NCBI GenBank assembly: GCA_011109175.1
Contig: RDEW01000020.1
Span: 304,514-368,513, forward strand
DNA: 64,000 nucleotides
Reading direction: 5' to 3'
DNA from: Dicyema japonicum
Taxonomy: Eukaryota > Animalia > Dicyemida
Positions 54,583 to 64,000 of this stretch are shown in pieces; the first letter of the stretch is position 1, and each line of letters begins with the position of its first letter. A program made the position numbers and the translations under genes. The notes below the pieces were generated by a model, which ran no database searches, was not told where the DNA came from, and saw only the letters and a list, made by a program, of their open reading frames with translations.

Positions 54583-56098
54583 ATGGATAGTAGCTCCTTA
54601 AAGGAAGAAACCGAATACTCCAATGAGATATTAGGGTCCCCATTAGAGGATGAGTGTGTGCTACATAGAGATGAGGTCGTTTCAGTTTACATTTCAGATT
54701 GTCGAGTCTCACGTGGATTCTTATGTACTAAAAAATTATATTGCTGGGGGATCTTACGGAAAAGTCTACAAGGCTGTACAAATGAGTACCGGAGACTCAG
54801 TGGCCTTAAAAATCCTGAGGATTGAGAAATGGGAGGAATATAACAATCCAGAATACGAGGTAACATATAGGTTGATCATTAGGCAAATATTTTGTTAAAC
54901 TTGAAGAACAATGAGGGGGAGAGGCATTTCATCTACCAAATTATTGACTATTTCCACCACCAGACATTTCCTAGTCTTGTTACTGAACTCCTCTCAATAA
55001 ATTTACAACAATTATTGGAAAAAGAAAAACAACTTCCAATTCATGCGATTCGGTCTATTACCTATCAGTTGGTGCAAGCTTTCTCCAAGTTGAGAGAACT
55101 AGAGATTGTACACGCTGATCTGAAACCCGACAACATCATGTTGGTGGACCATCAAAAATATCCTTATATTGTAAGGTTGGTCGACTTTGGATCGGCCATT
55201 TACAATTACCACATAGACGAAGACTGCCACTTTCAAAATGTGTTTTACAGGTCTCCGGGATAATCTACTGTAGGGCTCCAGAGACAATTTTGGGCTTCAC
55301 TGCCGACGAAAAGATCGATATGTGGTCACTTGGATGCATTCTTGCCCAACTCTTCTCAGGTTCTATTTTCTTTCGGGGGAGAACGAATACGAGCAGGTTT
55401 GCTGTCCTCTAATTCAAGTTATGCTATATCACGAAACTTAGGGGGAATGCTACCAGATTCCATGATTTATGGGGATATAGGGCAAAGATGTTTTTCATTC
55501 TTCGAAAGAACAAAACCTGGAAATTGAAGGTAAACACGTGTCTATAGTCCACTAGTCGAAAAAACAATATGTATGCCCCGAGTCATCCATCCTCTGGAAA
55601 AAGAGATCGTAATGCCGGTAGTAATGACACCTCATACTAGGAATTGTCGATGGTTTGGGATAATCTCCATAAATGGGGGATTAACGAATCTTACTACCTC
55701 GGATTCATGACAGACTATATTTTATATTATTTTTTTCTCGAAGATCTCCTTAAAGTGAATCCAACAGAGAGAATGAGTGTCCAATACGCTCAGAGTCACC
55801 CCTTCCTCAACTTTTCCAATTACATGAGGGTTAATTCCAAATAGTATGGTCATTTGCTTATGGTAGTCGGAATATGGCCTTTGATGTCATGCCTAGTTGT
55901 TATAGAGAGTCACATCAAAATGAGAATGGTTCCCTGTCTACTGAAATTGAAGATACACAGGTTGTAATTATCTATTGTTGTTAGCCACGTGGTGATGAAT
56001 TTGAGGGGTCTAAAGAAGATCAGAGTTGCAATCCTTCGTCTGAAGATCCTAATCCTTCACGGTTGTTTTATTTATTATGTAGATGTGAGGATATTTAA
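54583..56098 (+). CDS. Divergent HIPK-like CMGC protein kinase; about 10 exons
   Basis: AGGSYGKV, VALKIL, HADLKPDNIML, VRLVDFGSA, FYR|APE, IDMWSLGCI, GENEYEQ, WKLK, HPF; introns 21-26 nt; probably one frameshift near 55560. Confidence 0.85.
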
Positions 56099-56299
56099 TT
56101 ATACTTAACACTGTAATTTAATGTAACTTTCATTATTATTAGTCCTTTACTTGGGTCTCTAAATCCTTATTCTGGATGTCTTCTGGAGACCATAAAATAT
56201 ACCCACTCTATTGATCTCTCAAACAGTAATTGTGTCCTTCCGAGACGGGCCAACTTATTAATGGGTCATGCGTAGATAAGCTACCTTCCTACTTTGAAA

Positions 56300-57300
56300 G
56301 GACTCCTTGTAAGAGACTACATGTTAGCCACAGACTTTAGTGCTATTCCGCAGTCCCTAATTGTAGAACTTATCCTAAGTCACTTAATTAGAATGCTAGA
56401 GGTCCTCAAGGTAGAGTCTTATACTGTAACTTAATTGAACCTGTCAGTCAGCCAGTAAAAATTCACGATCATTTATATTCTGAAGCCTCACCATGACCCT
56501 TCAGAACCTTACTCTTTCCATCCAATTTCACTCCTCTCAGTTGTTTCGTGGAGGGAATGCCTAGTACTAATTTAATCAATCCTTCCACTTTCCGATTCCC
56601 ATTACACATTTTTCTAAACTCACTTAGTTCGTTGTAGGTGGAATTAATAAGCACAATCCGTCAGAGGGAACAATTATTGTTTAAAGCTTTCGACAGAACT
56701 TGGTGTCAACGTATGACTGACAAGATCCTCGACACGGAGATCCCTTGTGGACGTTCCTTAATCATGTCAACTACCATTTAATGGAGTTCCTCTAAGCTCG
56801 GTTATTTTCCCAACTCTTTTTAGCGTCTAGCTTACAGACTAATCGAAATACATTAATAATTTCGTATGCAATTTTGTTTGTGTCAAGTTAACATGATGTC
56901 ATCAACGCTTCTAAATTCCTTCAAGACACCTTAATACTTGGATAAACAGTAATCTCTTGAATCTTTCTCCCGCCAAATCACTCTTAACCGTTGTTGCAAC
57001 TTGAGGTCGTTAGTTTAACCTTGAACCTTTGCTAAGTAGTTATCTCATTCTTTCCAAGATACACTTCCTGTTGACACGTAGGTTCCATGGGTTTATATGA
57101 GGTAAACTGCATTCGTTCTCTTCACCAAGGTCTCAAAAAATATAGGGTCTACCAAAAAAACTAAAGTTGTACTTTTTCGAAAGAAGACAAATCACTACCT
57201 AAGTGTTCAAGTCTTGAGGGAACCAATCGTGATTTTGTCTTTCAGAACCATCTAAGACACAGTTAGTCAATATCCTATTGGGAGTGAAGAGTATTTCGCA
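56300..57300 (-). mobile_element. Highly degenerate RT remnant
   Basis: PQGSP and VDDIML on the minus strand. Confidence 0.4.
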
Positions 57301-58384
57301 CAATTTTTCTACACTCTTGTCTATTAAATTTGTCTCCTATCATCTGTTTAGAAATTAAGGAGATCTTTTAATGGTAGCTTTTTCTGGATGCAAAAATTAC
57401 TCAATTTGCATATCAGAGACAGAATTGGTTGGTATGTCGTATAAGAGCAAATTAAAAAGTGCTGATGATAATGGAGACCTCCATCAAAGTAGTTGTTTTT
57501 CTGGGGAAAAAAACATCTTGGATTTTGTGATGGGAAGAAAAAGTCTTCCAATTTCATATGAAGAATAAAACTGATACGCACACAATTCATTATTTTGTTG
57601 AGTTTAATTTGATTATTGTCCAATAAATTGCTTGATGAGAATGAATGAAATTATTCCAAATACCAAGGGTAAATCCAAACTAACGAATCCCACGTTCCTG
57701 ACGAGATCCAATAGACCCTTAATTCAAACATAGTGATTCAAATGACATTATCCAGGATGCTGAAGTGGAAACCAGAACTCGTCGACAGGGAGCGAATTGT
57801 CTTCGGGTGGAATGGATAGATGGATCTTTTTGAATGCCGGTCAGCTATTGGGGTCTAGTGAGTATGGAGGATCAGATTATTATTATTACCCCAGGATAAC
57901 TGGGTCAAGGAAAATTAAATAAAAGTTCTATTCTAACTAAGTGATCCCAGACCGACAAAGGTGAGAACGAGTCCGGCAGGGTATAGAATCCTGAACAGCA
58001 AAATAATTAAATAAGATGATTTAGGGGTTTTTTCGTCCCTTATTTAGGAGAATCAAACTTCCTAGAAAATTTTCTTAGATGCTAATCCCATAACTTGAAA
58101 AACTCCCCAGAGCGTACAATTGGAGATTATCAGAATAAGAATAAATATTTCCCAAAAATGAATGACCAGGCACCAAGTAATTGATTGGTTGGAAGACTGA
58201 GACGGTAGCAACCCCGATTACACCAAATGTCTATTTTTCTTCAATTATGAATTAAAACCAGTAGCGTTGTCATTGGTAAAATAAAACACATCTTTAAAAT
58301 TCCTAGGATGAAAAAGAAGGCGTGGGTTGCCTAATATACCTTCCGGGTTTTTTTAAAAAATAAAAGAACCATAACCACCATAGT

Positions 58385-58650
58385 TAATTTATAAACTCTG
58401 AAATCACGAGAAAGAGGAAAAGTGTATCGTCTATTCATCTCCACAACAGGAATTGGACAGTCAAGATCTATTTCCCTGCTTCTTCCGAATGATGTTCCCC
58501 AAGAATCCCCTTTCCCCTATTATCTATTCATGGCGGATCTCCACACACCAGAAGCCGAAAAATGATATTATTATGACTTTTTCCCGACGACAAGCAAGCA
58601 GAAAACTTCAACCAATTAACCACGCAGCACCACATGGCGTCACGCGGCGT
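58385..58650 (-). mobile_element. Short non-autonomous element (head shared with the 61.5 kb element, tail shared with the 7.0 kb LINE)
   Basis: Head GCCGCGTG...GCTGCGTGGTTAATTGGTTGAAGTTTTCTGCTTG matches 61520-61580; tail TCCTCTTTCTCGTGATTTC matches 6996-7014. Confidence 0.7.
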
Positions 58651-58779
58651 GAGATCTCTTTTTACTTAATGTGTAACTGTGATCTCTGATGTATCATTAT
58701 TATTATCTACTAAATTTTTTTTTAATTAAACACGTTTTATTTAACAATAAGCTATTATTTATTAGCAATAACGAAGAAG

Positions 58780-61320
58780 AGCGGGTGCTGACATTACGGA
58801 GTAAGCGTTTCCGCGGACAACTTTAAAATATAGAATTAGCGCGAGTCATGTAGTTCGCCGTCCCTGGTGGCGCTAACTGTGGAATTAAATACACAGTAAA
58901 AAAAGAATCATTTGCTCACCCCAATCCAAGAAGAATGTCACTCTTGGACGGCTCTCTCAGAATTACTCATCTGACCTGTTTAAGAACGCTCTTAATAATC
59001 TCTGGAGATATCAAACCTAATCCTGGACTAGCGAAATCTCTTTCCATCATCCAACTCAAAATAAATGGATTAAGAGAAAAGATAATTGAGCTCAAGAATC
59101 ACTCAAAGAAATTCGACGTCGACGTGTGTCTCTTAGAGAAGCCAAATCTGACACACTCTTTCACCACTTCAACACTTCCCGGATACATTGTTATCAAAAA
59201 GGTCAGTTTGACCGTGGAGGAGTTATACTCTCATGAAAAGTGAGACCGGGCACACAATAACGCCTTCAAATTACAATCCTCCGTCTCGATTGGAATACAA
59301 CGGAATTTCCATTCGTACAAGAATCGAAAATATCACATTTGCGAACATTTACATTCTTCCTGCTAGCTCCTACCAAAGGAATTTAGCTTCTCACAGGATG
59401 TGTTTCGCTAATACCAACATTTGTTGATATGTGGCGACCCCACTGCGAATCACCCGACCTGGTACAAAAGCCAAACTGATGATGCAAAAAAAATTTCTTT
59501 ATCTCTCAACTGGATAACTTCATAATCTTTAACGACTATCGGAGGAACACAAGAACACCTATAGAGCTTATGACAACACGACTTCACCTGATTTGACCCT
59601 TGCCATCCCTAAAATTGCTTCACTTGCCAAATGGTCTGTGATTTATGACATTTGGAGCGACCACAATCATATTTTCATTCGGAAGAAAGGCACGCTCATC
59701 TCGGAAAGAAAATGAAACACTTTCCTAGATTACATAAATGTTAGTTAAAAAAATTTTGCTCATTATGTGTACATGAACTTAACCGATTTCGACGCAGTAC
59801 GTTTCACTTGATAATGCAGTCTCTTGTGTTAACAAAAAGATCCAGAAAGCAATGAAGATATTTATCATGGAAAGATCATTCAAATCCTACATCAAACGTT
59901 TTGATCACCAAACGAAGAGGATTATGAATGAACGTAATCGACTTAAAGGCATCCAAGGGCCATTACCAGAAATTATCTACAAAATTCAAGTGCTTGATAA
60001 CGAAATAAAATCTCTAAGAAAATAAAAATCGACGAACAGAGAAAAATCACCTCCGTGTTTAACAAACAAGTGTCCATGTCAATCATGTGTAAGACAGTCT
60101 CTGATCACTGAGTAAAAAAACAGTCGTGATTTTTGCAAATAAAAACTTGACAGAATGATAAAGTTCTACGTTCAGAACAGCTATTTACCCCATAAAAGTA
60201 CGAGGGTCTCCCCTATCACTGATGAAACCAAGATGTCGTCATGTTCATATATCCTTTTCACCAGTGGAAGTTGAAAATGCCATTATATCCCAAAAACTAA
60301 CCTACTCAAGCGGACAATAAAATTCCTATGATTGTTAACAAAAAGCTTGAACCCGACTCACAGCACTAACACAGATATACAACATATCCATAAATAGAAA
60401 CACAATTCCAACAATGTGGAAGTTGGCTCCCATCACCCAGTTCAGAAACCTGGAAAACCAAAAGAGTCCCCTTCTTCTTATCGACCAATATCCTTATTAT
60501 GCGCATTTTCAAAAATTCTTAGAAAATGGTTTTGGACCGCATATTCCTATATTTACCTAAAGAATCCTACTAGCACGGATTTAAGAAAGACCTATCTATC
60601 TACAAGAACGCACTGCAAACCTCACAATTTTATTATGACGGGTCTTGAGTCTCCAGGCACCTTGAAAGTTTATTGTGCTCGACTGACATCCAAAGGGCTT
60701 TTGACTCGGTCCCCAGAAAAAATCTTAACGAGGAAGATCTAACGCTCAGAAATCCCCAGCATTTTCAAAAGATAACTCGGGAACTTTCTCAACTGGTAGA
60801 AGAGGAAAAGTCGTAAACAAAATCCAGAATTTCTTCCAAAGGGCGTGCCACAGGGTTCTCCGTGTTACCGTCGCTTTTCGACTTATTCTTGCATGGTATT
60901 CCAATTGACTCAGACAAAAATTACATAACCCTTGAGTATGCCGATGACATAATATTTGCTTACAAGGATACATGTATTACAACAGCTACGAACAAATTGC
61001 AAACTAATCTGGAAAGATCCATGATGGTTGAAAGGAAATTCAATGTCAACGTCCACGGAAATGTCCTTTACCTATCTTTTTACGTCGAATAGAAGGCTAT
61101 CAAGTTATTTTGATTAACTATTTTTGAATGGTGAACCAATCACAAATAAGAAACAATCCAAGATTCTGGGAGTATCATTTGACATCCTCATGAATTTCAT
61201 CACACATGTGTCTAACGTAATCAGTGCATCGGCATGACAGCTTAACTTCGTGAAGGTGCTCGTCTCAAAAATTTAAAGGATCCACAAAACATGATTTGGC
61301 TTATTAATAATAATAATAAC
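58780..61320 (+). mobile_element. Long degenerate Ingi-like LINE: 5' UTR, 2A-like peptide, APE, RT
   Basis: LLIISGDIKPNPGL, IQLKINGL, ICGD, SDHN, KPGKPKESPSSYRPISLL, GVPQGS, EYADDI; ends in (TAA)n. Confidence 0.9.
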
Positions 61321-61504
61321 TGTAATCCCAATTCGTTGTCTCACCCAGACAGCATCTCGCACGGGCCAATTTCCCCCCGATTAATTTATATAATTTTAAT
61401 ATAGAGTAATGTATTGGATGAAAATGATATTTTTTATATTAAAAACTGAAATTATGAGTGACTTATTAAAAACATTCAATCCCTTTAAACACCAAAAGTT
61501 AACG

Positions 61505-61833
61505 GATTAATATTTTATAGCCGCGTGGATTCATGTGGCGCTGCGTGGTTAATTGGTTGAAGTTTTCTGCTTGTTTGTCGGTACTTCCTCTCTCTTCCTA
61601 TCAGAGTGGCGTCATGTGATCCACCGGTCTAGGTGACGCCCAGTGCCAGGCCATCATTTGCTCTTCCCCACTACACTGGAGGGGTTTCCATAACTGTATG
61701 TAATGGACGTCTTACTTTTTGTGCTGATTCCGGATGGACTCTATTTCTGTAGAAATGGAAACTGGATACACTTAATTAGTTGTTTACTTTAACTTCTTTC
61801 TCGGTGTATCCGGGGTTAATAAATTAATTTAAA
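61505..61833 (+). mobile_element. Short LINE-tailed non-autonomous element
   Basis: TSD TTAACG; absent from the paralogous cathepsin 3' flank near 9140. Confidence 0.8.
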
Positions 61834-61845
61834 TTAACGATCAAA

Positions 61846-63001
61846 TTATTTAATTATTAGATAAGTGGCAGTGTAAGGAAATCCGCAGTTATTTTCATTT
61901 CGTGCAAGTTTAAAATAGCCAGATATACCCCATTCTCTGCCCCATCCATTTTTTATAAGCTAATACTTTTCTCCTTTTGTTGTCCCATAACCAACAACAG
62001 ACATTACATGCTCATTTCGCATATTTAAACAATTTCTGATATGGAATATTCCTAAAACGTTTCATTTTACTTTTTACCTCGAACATAACCTTGAATAAAA
62101 TAACCATCAAAATGGACACTAACAGGACCAACATTAATGAGAACATCCAAAAGCATTTGTTCGTCACCATTATTGATTCTTTTATAACCAATCAATTTAA
62201 ATTTAATATCTGGTTGACCCTTATATTTACATTTACCCTCCTATAGAATTATTTGTAAAAACAATTACCTTGGCCACATATGGATATCGTTTTTCAGAAT
62301 TAATTCCTCCGTTTTTTTAATATAAATATACACTTGTGATGGTGATCCACCATAGCATCCATGATGAGTTGCACAATCAACTATGTTTTGTTCACTCATA
62401 GATATAAGAATTTTGCGTTTAAATGTGCTACTGTAGCCAACTAAATGCATTAAACATTCGTTAACTGCCCCAAATGCATAGCAACTCCACACCAATATCC
62501 TTGATTTTTTATAGTAGTAACACAGTTTCGTTTTACCCAACTAAAAGATCTCGGAAATCTCTTTTTATTTACATGCACAGTATAATCATACAGTAATTCT
62601 TCTGTGAATGTATGATTAGAATAAGTATTAAACGTGAATTTGTTTGGCTTGATAAATTCTCTTCTTGTCTACAAAAATAGATAGTAAATAAACCAAGTCA
62701 GCAAACTGATTAATTCCCAATTCATACAAATATTTTCCTTGATTAAAAAGTAAATTGTGGTTGTCAATCAATCTTAAGTTTTCAGTAAAAATAGCCCTTC
62801 TAACATGAAGTTCTAAACCAGAATATGATTTATCTGTAAAAAGTAAAAATAAATTTAACTATATTTTTCTATGAAATTATTCCATTGGATTTCATAATAT
62901 TCACCGTCTTTAAGTGAATACTTGATTGATTCGTATCTTAAATGAATTTTAGATAAAATAAAGTAATTCAAAAATAAAACAAGGAAAACTGGACTGATCA
63001 T
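61846..63001 (-). CDS. Cathepsin L-like protease (C1A with I29 prodomain); 5 exons; may be a pseudogene
   Basis: Signal peptide, ERFNIN and GNFD motifs, catalytic Q, C, H, N motifs; introns 25-28 nt. Three 1-nt homopolymer frameshifts and one in-frame TAG at the conserved YW. Confidence 0.85.
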
Positions 63002-63099
63002 TTTAATTAATTCAGTTTATTTTTTATTTAAATATTTTTAAATATTAATATAATTTTGTTTAATAAATATAATTTTTTGTTCTACTGGTTTTGTGCATG

Positions 63100-64000
63100 T
63101 CTGTTTTCACCAGTTTGCAAACAAATCCTGAGGGCCGTCTTACAGAGAATATTGAAGATGGAAACCAACTAGAAGTGTGTTTTAAGGACTACATGATGCT
63201 AATGGAACTAGCATACGATCTCCTGTGGGAAATGTTCCTGCTCATCTGCTGTCCCTCAAAGCATTAGTCACTGAGATTCGATCAGGTGACAGGATCAAGT
63301 GGATCTCAATGGTTGTTAACTCTGCGAAAAGGAGATTCAGGAGAATCCCTCGGGGTGGATGGAGTCTCATCGTCTTGCAATTCAATGATCGTTTCTCCAC
63401 TCGGCGTTAGAAAATTATTGAATGTAAAGCCTAATACAAAGACGCCCGTGGACTAGAAAAGTCGAGATGCTTTAATCGGATCAGGAGGCTCAGAGAACAA
63501 CTTAACAAAAACAGAAACTATGGAAAATGCAAAGAAGAATTTTATGTTCAAATTGAGAAAGTTAAATCAGTTCCTCGATATGGAAGGAAACTCACACAAA
63601 AGATTCCATACAAGTTGCTTAAAAAGGATGTTCTTACTACATTAAATGCAGTGATATCAAAATATGTGTCATGATATCCGCCAACGGACATGAATGAGAT
63701 AACTGACATAATTGATGCTGCACAATGCGCATATGAAAATTTGACTAAGAAGCAATCAGTAAAAAGCTGTTGGAGGGAAAACGTGGAGAAAAGAATTGCA
63801 AAATTCAAAGAAAATTGCGCCTTAGTTTATGGGTTTACTGGGAAGCAGTCAAGGGAAGAAAGGGAGAAAACGTTTGATGTTTTATGCTCGTTTGGATGCA
63901 AAAAAAAGGGAGAGCTGAAAAAATCTCTACCTAATTGAAGACAAAATCAAGATCATGGAGGAAAAAATCTCAATTCATAAATCAAGAAAATCCTTTAGAC
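63100..64000 (+). mobile_element. Probable R4/Dong-like LINE, N-terminal region (runs off the window)
   Basis: IIDAAQCAYENLT...SCWRENVEKRI resembles the pre-RT region of R4/Dong-type elements; RT itself is not in the window. Confidence 0.45.

Noticed and set aside
58860-58876. CTCF-like site
   Set aside because: Only a partial match, inside a retroelement motif; no independent support.

Overview
AT-rich eukaryotic, most likely animal, DNA in the standard genetic code. Host genes are broken by extremely short GT-AG introns (about 20-35 nt, mostly 21-25), so the ORF track misses most of them. That intron size, together with ferritin introns at the usual animal positions, suggests a highly reduced metazoan such as a dicyemid (inference only). 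Genes reconstructed by hand-splicing: NKAP, a ZIFL-type MFS transporter, two ferritins, two DRAM/TMEM150 genes, two cathepsin L-like copies (one clearly dead), a three-dsRBD TRBP/PACT/Loquacious-like gene, TOGARAM1/crescerin, a divergent HIPK-like kinase, and an unusual secreted protein with about six resistin/PCSK9-CHRD-like Cys modules plus a Thr-rich mucin tail. Part of this block is segmentally duplicated (about 15-30 kb versus 34-45 kb). Intergenic DNA is packed with decayed mobile elements: Ingi-like LINEs carrying 2A/StopGo-like peptides, RTE, CRE-like and R4/Dong-like LINEs, a tRNA-derived SINE, short modular LINE-tailed elements, a Buster-type hAT with TIRs and TSD, a pogo remnant and a Ginger-like integrase. 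Many frameshifts are 1-nt losses in homopolymer runs and may be assembly errors. All family assignments come from recalled motifs, not database searches.
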